DNA from: Sinorhizobium meliloti
Lineage (GTDB): Bacteria; Pseudomonadota; Alphaproteobacteria; Rhizobiales; Rhizobiaceae
Assembly (NCBI RefSeq): GCF_017876815.1
Contig: NZ_JAGIOS010000002.1
Span: forward strand, 60,001 to 92,000
Reading direction: 5' to 3'
DNA: 32,000 nt
This document shows, in pieces, positions 7,892-19,164 of this stretch (position 1 is its first letter; each line of letters begins with the position of its first letter). A program made the translations under genes and the position numbers. Below the pieces are notes generated by a model, which saw only the letters and a list, made by a program, of their open reading frames with translations, was not told the DNA's origin and made no database searches.

Positions 7892-9708
7892 TCGGCTGCC
7901 TCCTGCCCGGTTTCGCCGGCAAGGGCAAGCTCGATGCGGAACACCGCGCCACCCTCCGAATGGTTCGACACGGTGAGGCTGCCTCCGAAATCCTTGATGA
8001 TGTTGTAGGAAATGGAGAGGCCCAGGCCTAAGCCTCTTCCGACTCCCTTGGTCGTGTAGAACGGATCGAAGATGCGTTGCGCAACTGCCGGAGCAACGCC
8101 CGCGCCGCGATCGCGCACCGTCAGCACGGCCCTGCCGCCTTCGCGCCAGGCGCGCACGGAAAGCTTGCGATCGTCAAGTCCCTCGACGGCGTCGGCGGCG
8201 TTCGAGATCACGTTGACAAGCACCTGCTGCAAGCGGACCGAACCGGCGAGGACCGCCAACTCATCGCCGATATCGATGTCCATCTCCGCGCCTGCCGCCT
8301 TCAACCGCGTCTCCACGATCTCCAGCGTGTCGCGCACCACCTCGTCGAGACGAACCGGGCCGAGCTTCTCGTTGGGTTTTCGCGCGAAATTGCGCAGGTG
8401 ACGGCTGATCGAGGCCATGCGGTCGATCAAGCCCGAAATCCGCCGGATATTGTCGCTCGCCTCGGCCGTGCGGCCGCGCTCGATCAGCAGCGCCGCGCTG
8501 TCGGCATAGGTCTTGGCGGCGGCGAGCGGCTGGTTGAATTCGTGAGACAGGGCAGCGGACATCTGCCCGAGGCCGGCAAGTTTGCCCGCCTGGATGAGAT
8601 CGGCCTGGGTCTGGCGCAACTGCTGCTCGGTAAGCCGCCGCTCTGCGATCTCCGCTTCGATCTGCGAATTGACGCGCGCAAGATCCGCCGTGCGCTCCTC
8701 GACACGGCGCTCGAGTTCCTCCTGCGCCTGCTCCTGCATCAGAATGCGTTCCCTGAGCCGTGTGCGCCGCTGGATGATAATCGCGATCGCCAGGGCGGCA
8801 AGGCAAAGGAGCAGCATGACGGCCGCAACCGTGGTCAGGGCCTGGGTCCGCACGGAGGCGGTGTCCGTAAGCACGTTCACGGTCCAATCCGCCTCCGGCA
8901 TATAATGGGAGAGGGCAAGATATTCCCGCTCGCTGCCCTCGGACACCCTTAGCAATCGATGTCCGGAAAGCTCGCTTTGCACGGCAGGCAGCGGTCGAAG
9001 CCTTGCATCCGCATAGCGCCGCGAGCCCTCCGTCCGGGCAAGCCGGTCAGGCGTCAGCGGCAGGATCCCGGCATAGAGCCATGCCGGATTGCCGCTCATG
9101 AAGATGATGCCTTCCGGGTCGGAGACGAAGATCCTGTATTCGCCGCCCTGCCAGGAGGCTTCAATGGTTTCGATATCCACCTTGAACACGATCACGCCGC
9201 GGATTTCTCCGCCGACGCGGACCGGCGCACCGAAATAGTAACCGCGCTTCAGCGATGTCGTGCCGAGAGCATAGAAGCGGGACTGGTCACCTTTGAGTGC
9301 GTCCTGGAAATAGGGGCGGTAGCTGAAATTCTCGCCGACAAAGCTCGTCGGCCCATCGTAGTTGCTGGCCGCGATCGTGTTGCCGTCCGGCGTGATGACA
9401 TAGATGTCGGAGGATTTGAGGAGTTCGTTGATCTCCTTGAGATACGAATTGACGGCCCCGCGCAGCCGCCGGTCGCGCGGACGCGTCACCAGTTCCTTGA
9501 CGTCGTCATGGTCGGCGATCAGCGCGGGCAGGGCCTGATAGCGGTTCAGGTGACCGCTAAGGGCCGCAACCGCCAGCCGCAGAGCCGTGTTCGCCTGCGA
9601 CGAGGCCTCCTGCATATAGCTGCGCGTTGCGACCGCGGTTCCCTGGACTGCGATCAATCCGGCGGCTGCCGGCAGGAGAAGGAGGGCAAGAACGAAACGG
9701 TATTTCAC
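7888..9708 (-). CDS. Sensor histidine kinase with periplasmic double-Cache domain (DctB-like)
   Basis: 606 aa with a GTG start. It has an N-terminal TM segment, a periplasmic region (YVITPDGNTIAASNYDGPTSFVGENFSYRPYFQDA...FYALGTTS) resembling DctB, a second TM, a coiled coil, an H-box (SHEFNQPL), and N and G boxes (NAADA, DRGAGV, GLGLGLSIS). Confidence 0.85.
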   Translation of the reverse strand: MKYRFVLALLLLPAAAGLIAVQGTAVATRSYMQEASSQANTALRLAVAALSGHLNRYQALPALIADHDDVKELVTRPRDRRLRGAVNSYLKEINELLKSSDIYVITPDGNTIAASNYDGPTSFVGENFSYRPYFQDALKGDQSRFYALGTTSLKRGYYFGAPVRVGGEIRGVIVFKVDIETIEASWQGGEYRIFVSDPEGIIFMSGNPAWLYAGILPLTPDRLARTEGSRRYADARLRPLPAVQSELSGHRLLRVSEGSEREYLALSHYMPEADWTVNVLTDTASVRTQALTTVAAVMLLLCLAALAIAIIIQRRTRLRERILMQEQAQEELERRVEERTADLARVNSQIEAEIAERRLTEQQLRQTQADLIQAGKLAGLGQMSAALSHEFNQPLAAAKTYADSAALLIERGRTAEASDNIRRISGLIDRMASISRHLRNFARKPNEKLGPVRLDEVVRDTLEIVETRLKAAGAEMDIDIGDELAVLAGSVRLQQVLVNVISNAADAVEGLDDRKLSVRAWREGGRAVLTVRDRGAGVAPAVAQRIFDPFYTTKGVGRGLGLGLSISYNIIKDFGGSLTVSNHSEGGAVFRIELALAGETGQEAAE

Positions 9709-9980
9709 GGAATGCCCGGGCTCCTCCTCCCGCTCGCGGTGTTGGCCGCAGGTCGAATGCTGGCGGCCGCCGCGATGCTAAATGGCGCTCTGACGCCTGG
9801 CAAGCTGCCATGCAGGCAGTCCTCTCCTGCCTGGGCCTGTATTGTTAACGGTCAGTCTGTCGTGTCAACACGCCATTGACAATCCGTTCTTTCGGAACGG
9901 TCTTTCGCTCTCGGCGTCCAGAGAGCATCTAATCGGCATCAACGCATCCCGCAAAGCCGCGGGCAGAAAGGAAGCGGATC

Positions 9981-10913
9981 ATGCTCCAGCAAATCAAAGG
10001 CCTGCATCACGTAACGTCGATGGCGGACGACGCCCGCACGAACAACCGGTTCTTCACCGACACGCTCGGCCTGCGCCGCGTCAAGAAGACGGTGAACTTC
10101 GACTCGCCTGACGTCTACCATCTCTACTATGGCGACGCGACCGGCACCCCCGGCACCGTGATGACCTATTTTCCCTTTCCGCAGATGCCGCGCGGTCGCG
10201 CAGGCACGGGAGAGGTGGGGACGACCGTCTTCTCCGTCCCGCGGGGCTCGCTCGGCTTCTGGCAGGAGCGCTTGGCGGCACTCGGTGCGAGCGGTCTCAA
10301 GCAGGCGGAAAGCTTTGGCGAGAAGCGCCTGAACTTTGCCGGTCCGGACGGCGACGGCTTCGCTCTCGTCGAGGTCGAGGACGACCCGCGTACGCCCTGG
10401 ACCGAGGGCGGCATCACCGAGGATCACGCCATCCGCGGCTTCCATTCGGTCGCCATACGCCTACGCGACGAAGGCGCGACGGCGGAACTGCTGAAGTTCA
10501 TGGGTTACGAGGAACTCGACCGCAAGGACGGCGTCACCAGGCTGATCGTGCCCGGCGGCAACGGCGCGAGCCTCGTCGACCTGGAGACGCTGCCAAACAT
10601 CAGCCGCGCTGCGCAGGGCGCCGGTTCGGTGCACCACGTCGCATTCGCCGTCGACAACCGCGAGAAGCAGCTGGAGGTGCGCAAGGCGCTGATGGACACC
10701 GGCTACCATGTGACGCCGGTGATCGACCGGGATTATTTCTGGGCGATCTATTTCCGAACGCCGGGCGGCGTTCTCTTCGAGATCGCCACGAACGAGCCCG
10801 GCTTCGACCGGGACGAGGACATCGCGCATCTGGGCGAGGCGCTGAAGCTGCCGCAACAGCACAAGCATCTGCGCCCGGTTCTCGAAAGCCATTTGCAGAA
10901 ACTGGAAGCCTAG
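9981..10913 (+). CDS. VOC-superfamily ring-cleaving (extradiol) dioxygenase, MhqO/MhqA-like
   Basis: 310 aa. The tandem glyoxalase-fold pattern starts IKGLHHVTSMADDARTNNRFFTDTLGLRRVKKTVNFD.PDVYHLYYGD, with a second HHVAF repeat. AGGAAG lies upstream of the ATG. Confidence 0.8.
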   Translation: MLQQIKGLHHVTSMADDARTNNRFFTDTLGLRRVKKTVNFDSPDVYHLYYGDATGTPGTVMTYFPFPQMPRGRAGTGEVGTTVFSVPRGSLGFWQERLAALGASGLKQAESFGEKRLNFAGPDGDGFALVEVEDDPRTPWTEGGITEDHAIRGFHSVAIRLRDEGATAELLKFMGYEELDRKDGVTRLIVPGGNGASLVDLETLPNISRAAQGAGSVHHVAFAVDNREKQLEVRKALMDTGYHVTPVIDRDYFWAIYFRTPGGVLFEIATNEPGFDRDEDIAHLGEALKLPQQHKHLRPVLESHLQKLEA

Positions 10914-10926
10914 CGGCCAGCACCCT

Positions 10927-10969
10927 GCGCGCTCCTCCTCCGCTTGCGCAGGAAGGAGCGCGCTTCTTT
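10927..10969 (+). terminator. Possible rho-independent terminator or attenuator after the dioxygenase gene
   Basis: GCGCGCTCC (10927-10935) pairs with GGAGCGCGC (10955-10963) and is followed by TTCTTT. An alternative inner pairing is CCTGCGC with GCGCAGG. The loop is long, so confidence is modest. Confidence 0.4.
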
Positions 10970-11013
10970 AAATAGAATGAGTGTTCGCCACTACGCGCCC
11001 AAAGGAGAAATCG

Positions 11014-11616
11014 ATGGTCGATCATGGCTATGTGCACAAATTGAAACCCGGCATGCCCGGCGCTCCGATCCTTTTCGTCCTTCACGGGACCGGCGGGGAC
11101 GAGAACCAGTTCTTCGGCTTCGGAGCGCAGCTCCTGCCGGAGGCTACCGTCGTCTCGCCGCGGGGCGACGTATCGGAACATGGGGCCGCCCGCTTCTTCC
11201 GGCGAACGGGCGAGGGCGTTTACGACATGGCGGACCTCGCGCGTGCGACGGAGAAGATGGCGGGTTTCGTGAAGGCGCTCGCTGGCGAACACGATGCCTC
11301 GGAGATCATCGGTCTCGGCTATTCCAACGGTGCCAACATTCTCGCGAATGTACTGATCGAAGAGGGCGTCTTCGAAAAGGCCGTGCTCATGCATCCGCTG
11401 ATCCCTTTCCGTCCGAGGGACAATCCCGCGCTCGCCGGGCGGAAGATTCTGATTACCGCCGGAGAGCGGGACCCGATCTGCCCGGCTCCGATGACACAGG
11501 CGCTCGGGGACTACTACACGAAGCAGAAGGCGACGGTGGAATTCGAGTGGCATTCCGGCGGCCACGACATCCGCCAGAACGAGATCGGCGCCATCGAAGC
11601 GTTTCTGAAAGCTTGA
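11014..11616 (+). CDS. Phospholipase/carboxylesterase-family alpha/beta hydrolase (MhqD-like)
   Basis: ORF 10981..11616. I prefer ATG 11014, with AAAGGAGAAATCG upstream. Motifs are LHGTGGDE and the nucleophile elbow GYSNGA. Pairing with the preceding dioxygenase mirrors the B. subtilis mhq genes. Confidence 0.75.
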   Translation: MVDHGYVHKLKPGMPGAPILFVLHGTGGDENQFFGFGAQLLPEATVVSPRGDVSEHGAARFFRRTGEGVYDMADLARATEKMAGFVKALAGEHDASEIIGLGYSNGANILANVLIEEGVFEKAVLMHPLIPFRPRDNPALAGRKILITAGERDPICPAPMTQALGDYYTKQKATVEFEWHSGGHDIRQNEIGAIEAFLKA

Positions 11617-11718
11617 TGGCGCTCTGACGAAGACGTTTACTGTGTTGTCGAAGCTTGCTGGATAGAATGCGGGACTTCAGCGCGGATTCTGCGGCGCTGA
11701 TTCCACGGGGGCGAGGCA

Positions 11719-11961
11719 GTGGTGGAAACGATCGACATCCATGAAGCGAAGAAGCATTTGTCGCGGCTGGTTCAGAAGGCTTCGCAGGGAGAGGCCTTCA
11801 TCATAGCCGAGGCAGGAAAACCTATGGCGAAAGTGGTCCCACTCGATCCGCCGGCCCCGCACGAGAAATGACGGATCGGCTTCTTGGCGGGTCAAATTAC
11901 GGTGCCGGACGATTTCGACTTGATGGGTCGAGAAGAGATCGAGGGTCTGTTCGGCAAGTGA
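11719..11961 (+). pseudogene. Phd/YefM-family type II antitoxin interrupted by an in-frame TGA; no toxin gene present
   Basis: Read by hand because both parts are under 60 aa and absent from the track. GTG 11719 gives VVETIDIHEAKKHLSRLVQKASQGEAFIIAEAGKPMAKVVPLDPPAPHEK, then TGA at 11869-11871. The same frame continues RIGFLAGQITVPDDFDLMGREEIEGLFGK to TGA at 11959-11961. Both halves match the usual single-polypeptide antitoxin. Confidence 0.7.
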
Positions 11962-11982
11962 ATTGGTTCAATCGTTCCAATC

Positions 11983-13095
11983 CTATTCGAGCCGCCTGCG
12001 GAAGAGCCACGCGGCTGACGATAGGGTGACGATCGCGATCAGGCACAGAGGAAGTGTCTGGTGGACGACTTCGGCTAGCGGTATGTCCTTCAGAAACACA
12101 CCCTTCACGATCACCAGGAAATAGCGCAGCGGATTGATGAGCGTCACCGGCTGCAGCCAGGAGGGCATGTTTTCGATCGGCGTCGCGAAGCCCGAAAGCA
12201 GCATGGCCGGCACCATGAAGAGGAAGGCTCCGAGGATCGCCTGCTGCTGCGTCATGGACAGTGCCGAGATGAAGAGACCGAGACCGACGACGGCCGCGAG
12301 ATAGAAGATGGCGCTCCCATAGAGCAGGAACAGTGAACCGCGCAGCGGCACGCCGAAGATGAAGACCGCGGCGAGGATATAGATGGTGATGTGGAAGAGG
12401 CCGATCATCATTGGCGGAATGAGCTTGCCGAGCAGGATCTCGTGGGTGCGCAATGGTGACACGATGAGCTGGTCGAAAGTGCCGAGCTCCCGCTCGCGCG
12501 CGACCGACAGCGCCGTGACGATGAGCCCGATCAGGAGAGCGATGCTCGCGACCAGGTTCGGCACCATGAACCATTGATAGGTGAGGTTCGGATTGAACCA
12601 GTTTCGGGCCTCGACCCGGATGGTCTCGGAGGCCGCACGCTTTCCGGCCGGCGTTTCGGCCGCGACGGCGCCGACGATGCGGCCGAGATAGCCGGAGACG
12701 ATCTGCGATGCGTTGGAACGCCGGCCGTCGAGGATCATCTGTACCTCCGCCGGTCTCCCCGCCTCGATGTCGCGGGAGAAGGTGGGGCCGATCTCCACTA
12801 CGGCGAGGACACGCTGGGTATCGATCGCGAGGCGGACCTCGTGAGGGCTGCTCGCGAGCTCTATCGAGCGAAAGGTCGGAGAGCCGCCGACCTGCTGCAC
12901 GAGTTCCCGGCTCCAGTGGCCGTTGTCACGATTGAGCACCATCAGGTCAACGTTCGTCACCTCGAGCGTCGCCGCATAGGAGAAGACCAGGAGCTGGATG
13001 ATCGGCGGGCCGATCAAGACGGTGCGGCCCTTCGGATCGCGCAGGACCGCGAGCAGCTCCTTGACGATCAGGGCTTTGAGCCGCGTCCACCACAT
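11983..13095 (-). CDS. ABC-2 type transporter permease (YbhR-like)
   Basis: 370 aa. One N-terminal TM, a large extracytoplasmic loop and five C-terminal TMs. Last gene of the TetR-HlyD-ATPase-permease-permease operon. Confidence 0.85.
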   Translation of the reverse strand: MWWTRLKALIVKELLAVLRDPKGRTVLIGPPIIQLLVFSYAATLEVTNVDLMVLNRDNGHWSRELVQQVGGSPTFRSIELASSPHEVRLAIDTQRVLAVVEIGPTFSRDIEAGRPAEVQMILDGRRSNASQIVSGYLGRIVGAVAAETPAGKRAASETIRVEARNWFNPNLTYQWFMVPNLVASIALLIGLIVTALSVARERELGTFDQLIVSPLRTHEILLGKLIPPMMIGLFHITIYILAAVFIFGVPLRGSLFLLYGSAIFYLAAVVGLGLFISALSMTQQQAILGAFLFMVPAMLLSGFATPIENMPSWLQPVTLINPLRYFLVIVKGVFLKDIPLAEVVHQTLPLCLIAIVTLSSAAWLFRRRLE

Positions 13096-13096
13096 G

Positions 13097-14251
13097 TCAG
13101 CCGATCCTCTTTCTGGTGCTGCGCGCGGTCAGCGCGAAGAACATGCAGCCGATCAGGAACATCACCGCGATGGCGCGTGCAAACATCGGCCAGATATCGC
13201 CGGCGAGAAACACGGTCTGCAGACTGGGTATGAGATAGCGCGCCGGGACGGCATAGGTGACCCATTGGATGACGGTGGGCATGGAATTGATCTCGAAGAG
13301 AAAGCCGGACAGCAGGAAGGCCGGCAGGAAGGCCGAGATCAGCGCGAGTTGCGAAGCGAGAAACTGGTTTTTCGTCGCGGCCGAGATCAGCAGCCCCTGT
13401 CCGAGCGCCGGCATCAGGAAGGTCGCCGAAAGGGCGTAGAGCGCCGCCACCGATCCCCGGAAGGGGACATCGAAGAGAAAGACCGCCACAAGGACGCAAA
13501 GCGTCATCGACGTGAGGCCGAGGACGAAGTAGGGCAGCAGCTTGCCGGCGAGCAGTTCGGCGGCGGAGACGGGCGTCGCCATCATCGCCTCCATCGTGCC
13601 GCGCTCCCATTCGCGGGCGACGACAAGCGAGGTCAGCAGCGTGCCGACCAGCGTCATCACGATGGCGATCGAGCCCGGCACCAGGAAGTTTCGGCTTGTC
13701 AGTTGCGGATTGAACCAGAAGCGCTGTTCGGCGGCGATCGCCGGGGGCGGGCTCCGGCCTTCGCTTAAGCGCTGGCGCTCCCAATTCGCAACGGCGCCCT
13801 GCGCATAGTTCTGCACGAAATTGGCGGTGTTCGGATCGGATCCGTCGACGATCACCTGGACCGACGGATGGCGCCCCGCCGCGTGCTCGGCGGCAAAGCC
13901 TGCGGGGATCACCAGGATGCCGCGTACCCGTCCAAGGACGAGGTCGTCCTCGAATTCCCTCCGGTCGCGTCCGGTGGCAACGGAAAAGTAGCGCGATGCC
14001 TCGAAGCTGGCGGCGAGATCGCGCGTGAGCGGGGTCGCTTCCTCGACCACCAGGGCGACACGCGTGCGCGTCGTATCGAGCGACACGCCATAACCGAAGA
14101 GGAAGAGGAGGACCAATGGCAGGACGAAGGCGATCAGGATACTGCTCGGATCGCGTATGACCTGATAGCTTTCCTTGCGCACCAGGGCAGCGAAACGCCG
14201 GGCCCGGCCCGCAGGTTCGTACGCTTTCGCCATTTTGCTCTCGGCCTTCAT
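13097..14251 (-). CDS. ABC-2 type transporter permease (YbhS-like)
   Basis: Track ORF 13097..14407. I prefer ATG 14251 (MKAESKMAKAYEP...), which overlaps the upstream ATPase stop as ATGA. Paralogous to the next permease. Confidence 0.85.
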   Translation of the reverse strand: MKAESKMAKAYEPAGRARRFAALVRKESYQVIRDPSSILIAFVLPLVLLFLFGYGVSLDTTRTRVALVVEEATPLTRDLAASFEASRYFSVATGRDRREFEDDLVLGRVRGILVIPAGFAAEHAAGRHPSVQVIVDGSDPNTANFVQNYAQGAVANWERQRLSEGRSPPPAIAAEQRFWFNPQLTSRNFLVPGSIAIVMTLVGTLLTSLVVAREWERGTMEAMMATPVSAAELLAGKLLPYFVLGLTSMTLCVLVAVFLFDVPFRGSVAALYALSATFLMPALGQGLLISAATKNQFLASQLALISAFLPAFLLSGFLFEINSMPTVIQWVTYAVPARYLIPSLQTVFLAGDIWPMFARAIAVMFLIGCMFFALTARSTRKRIG

Positions 14252-15995
14252 GCAGCCTCCTTCGCCTCGGAGCCCTGAATGAGCGCGATGAACGCGTCCT
14301 CCATGGTCGGGTCGGGGAGGTCCTTGCCTGCGACACGTGCCTTCATGTCGTCCGGCGAGCCAAGCGCGATCGAGCGGCCGCGATAGATGAGTGAGATGCG
14401 GTCGCAATATTCTGCTTCGTCCATGAAATGCGTGGTGACGAGCACGGTCACGCCCTTTTCGACGAGGCCGTTGATATGGGTCCAGAACTCGCGCCGGGTG
14501 ATGGGATCGACGCCGGAGGTCGGTTCGTCGAGGAAAAGCACTTCCGGTTCGTGGAGCACGGAACAGGCAAGCGCCAGCCGCTGCTTGAGGCCGAGCGGCA
14601 GGTCCTTGGCCGAGATGTCGAGGATCGTGCGGAAGTCGAAGATCTCGCTCATCAGACCGATGCGTTCGCGTTTTCTCGCGCCGGACAGCCCGTAGACGCC
14701 CGCAAAGAAATTGAAGTTCTGGATGACGCTCAAATCACCGTAGAGCGAGAATTTCTGCGCCATGTAGCCTAGCCGATTGCGCGCCTCGGGGGCGTTGCGC
14801 CTGAGGTCGAAGCCAGCGACCCGGCCTTCGCCGGCGCTCGGCTTCAGGAGGCCGCAAAGCATTTTGAACGTCGTCGACTTGCCGGCGCCGTTCGGGCCGA
14901 GAAGACCGAAAATCTCGCCCCGCGGAATATCGAAGGTGATGTTGTCGGCGGCGGTAAAGTCGCCGAAGCGTTTCGTCAGACCCCGCGCCTCGATCACGGG
15001 TCTGCCGGCATCTTCGGTGAACTCCCGCTGCGTTTCCGCAAGCCTCGACCGGCCGCCGGGACCTCCGCCGAGCATATCGACGAAAGCGTCCTCGAAGCGC
15101 GGCGGGGTGACGGCTGCGTCAACCGCATCGGCAGTGTCGCCGAGCGGCGGCGGCGAAAGACCCGCCTTCATGACGAGCCGTATGGCTTCGCCCTGGATCA
15201 CGCCGTCGACTACCCCTTCGTCTTCGAGGAATCTCGCAAGCGCTTCGCGGCGGCGGCCGCGGATGCCGGAGAGGCGAAAGACGCGGTCCTCCACGCGGCC
15301 GGTCATCTCCGCCGGCGGGCCGGAAAACATGAGGCTCCCCTGATTGAGCAGGAAAACATGGTCGCAGGCTTCCGCCTCTTCGAGATAGGCGGTCGACCAG
15401 ACAACGCCGATGCCCTCCGTCCTCAGATTTCCGACCATCTTCCAGAGGTCGCGCCGCGAAATCGGATCGACGCCGACGCCGGGCTCGTCGAGAAGCAGGA
15501 GCCTTGGCTTGCGCAGGAGCGCGCAGGCGAGGCCGAGCTTCTGTTTCATGCCGCCGGAGAGCTTGCCGGCAAGCCGCGTCGTGAAGCGGGCAAGGTCGGT
15601 GAAGTCGAGCAACTCGCCGAAGGTCCGGCTGCGCTCCGTCTTCGGCAGGCCGCGCAAATCGGCGTAGAGGTCGAGGTTCTCCTGGACCGACAGGTCTTCA
15701 TAGAGGCCGAAGCGCTGCGGCATATAGCCGATTGCCGCCTGAATGCTGGCGGGATCCCTGCGGGTATCGTAGCCGAGCACTTCTATGGTGCCGGCATCCG
15801 GCAGCATCAGGCCGGTCATCAGCCGGATCAGCGTCGTTTTGCCTGCGCCATCCGGACCGACGAGACCGGTGACCCGTCCGCCGAAGATTTCACCCGCAAC
15901 TGCGTCGAGCGCCGGGCGCGCCGTACCGAACCGCTTGGTGACGCCGGTCAGCCGAACGAACGGGGCCGTGCCGGGCTCCGTTGCGGGGGCGGGCA

Positions 15996-15996
<1 letters not shown>
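14248..15996 (-). CDS. Double-domain ABC ATPase (YbhF-like)
   Basis: 582 aa. Walker A motifs GPDGAGKTT and GPNGAGKST, signature LSGGMKQK and a degenerate second signature. TGATG overlap with the upstream gene. Confidence 0.9.
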
Positions 15997-17719
<1,723 letters not shown>

Positions 17720-17769
17720 TCAACCGACTAAGTCAATCGATCGAATGAACTCGCGCGCGGACCTGATTT

Positions 17770-17814
17770 AGCGGGATGCGGACGAAAAACCGCACACAGT
17801 TTCCTCATCCCGCT
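17770..17814 (-). terminator. Possible terminator hairpin after the sensor kinase gene
   Basis: AGCGGGATG (17770-17778) pairs with CATCCCGCT (17806-17814), with an inner TGCGG/CCGCA stem. It lies directly after the TAG stop. No clear U-tract follows. Confidence 0.35.
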
Positions 17815-19164
17815 CTATGCGGCCGAGGCAAAATCGATAGTGATTTTCGTTCCTCCACCAGGAACCGTATCGACCGCGATCCTCGCTTTGTGAAGCTCGC
17901 CGATGCGGTGAACGATCTTGAGGCCGAGCCCCAGCTGGCCGGAGCGCTTGACATACCCGAGATCGTCATTGTGCTCCGGCAGGTCGACGAGACCCCTGCC
18001 GTCGTCCTCGACAGACACCAGAGGTCCGGGACCGCAGGTGAGCACTATGCAGGTATTGGGTGGATTATGTTTGACCGCGTTTTCGATCAGGTTGCGCAGC
18101 ATGTTCTCGATGAGCGGCGCAATCACGCTCACCGGCGGCGTGCCGTGGTCTACGAATTCGATGGACTTGCCGTTGTCGAAAACGAACGGCGCAGTCGTCT
18201 GCGCGACCTCCGCCCCGATCGCCGAGAGGTCGGCGCGCTGAAAGGCCGTGGGGTCCACAGCGTCGGCTCGGGCAAGCGAGGTCAGTTGTTCGAGGATATG
18301 GGTCAGCGCGTCCAGGTCGCGCTCCGCGTTTCGGGCTCGGGGATCGTCGATGCGGCTCAGTTCCATCTTGGCGATCGAAACCGGTGTGCGGATTTCGTGG
18401 GCGATCGAGGAGGAAAAGACCTTCTGCGCCTGGATGAGATCTGCAACGCGCGCCAGGAGACGGTTGACGGCGGCGACCAGGCGCTCGATCTCCTCGGGCA
18501 TGTGCGACGAGGGCAGGCGGGCATTGCCGTCGCGCGGATCGATCGCATCGGCCGCCCGCACCGCTGCTGCCACCGGTTTGAGCGCACTGCGGATCGACCA
18601 GATCGTGGCTCCGATCACGAGACAGAACATCAGCGTCATGGGCACGATCATGGAATCGAACATTTCCCGAAGCAGAACGCTATACATGAAGCCGTTGGGG
18701 TCCTTCAAGACGGCGAGCTCGACGAGCACGACCTCGCCATGACGTTCGAACGATTGGCCGCCGGCAACGCTGAAGGGTTTGCCGGGCGCAATTAGCCGCT
18801 TCCAGAAAGTCGGTGCGCTGACGGCGAGCGGAAGAAAATGCTGTGAACATTCGGCCGAGCAGTTGGTGAAGAGAACCGAGCCGGAAGCGGTGCGCACCCT
18901 CACATAGATCGCACCCGGTCCATGGCGTTCCAGGTAACGCTCTTTCAGCTCGTGATTGGGCTTGAATGTCAGATCCCCGTCCTGCGTCGCGATTGCGGTC
19001 GACAGGGTTTCTGTCTCCTCCTGCAACATCAGGACGCTGAGCTCGTCATCGTCGAACCAGTAGTCGGCGAAGACGACGCCGATCTGCAGGATCATGGCGA
19101 GCAGGGAGAAGGCGATGACGCGGCGGGCGACGATGCCGATGAGCGACGGGTTCCTGCTCTTCAT
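17815..19164 (-). CDS. Two-component sensor histidine kinase (PmrB/BasS-like class)
   Basis: H-box SSSIAHEIRTP, N-box NLIENAVKHN, G-boxes VEDDGRGL and GLGLGLKIV, and two TMs flanking a periplasmic domain. The track start 19167 is TTG. ATG 19164 overlaps the regulator stop (TGATG). Confidence 0.85.
   Translation of the reverse strand: MKSRNPSLIGIVARRVIAFSLLAMILQIGVVFADYWFDDDELSVLMLQEETETLSTAIATQDGDLTFKPNHELKERYLERHGPGAIYVRVRTASGSVLFTNCSAECSQHFLPLAVSAPTFWKRLIAPGKPFSVAGGQSFERHGEVVLVELAVLKDPNGFMYSVLLREMFDSMIVPMTLMFCLVIGATIWSIRSALKPVAAAVRAADAIDPRDGNARLPSSHMPEEIERLVAAVNRLLARVADLIQAQKVFSSSIAHEIRTPVSIAKMELSRIDDPRARNAERDLDALTHILEQLTSLARADAVDPTAFQRADLSAIGAEVAQTTAPFVFDNGKSIEFVDHGTPPVSVIAPLIENMLRNLIENAVKHNPPNTCIVLTCGPGPLVSVEDDGRGLVDLPEHNDDLGYVKRSGQLGLGLKIVHRIGELHKARIAVDTVPGGGTKITIDFASAA

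Noticed and set aside
6659-8008. 449-aa + ORF opposite the DctD-like gene (similar cases: 8077..8952 and 8959..9879 opposite the kinase)
   Set aside because: The minus strand encodes complete receiver/AAA+/HTH domains and HisKA/HATPase domains. The + ORFs have no motifs.
9798-9814. Sigma54-like promoter TGGCAAGCTGCCATGCA upstream of the dioxygenase gene
   Set aside because: The GG and GC dinucleotides are separated by 11 nt, not the strict 10 nt, and the -12 element is ATGC rather than TTGC.
11869-11871. In-frame TGA of the antitoxin as selenocysteine or programmed readthrough
   Set aside because: There is no SECIS-like hairpin immediately downstream, and the position aligns to an ordinary linker residue in homologues. 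A nonsense mutation is the simpler explanation.
11677-11895. 72-aa minus-strand ORF
   Set aside because: It lies antisense to the clearly recognisable Phd/YefM antitoxin reading frame and has no ribosome-binding site or family resemblance.
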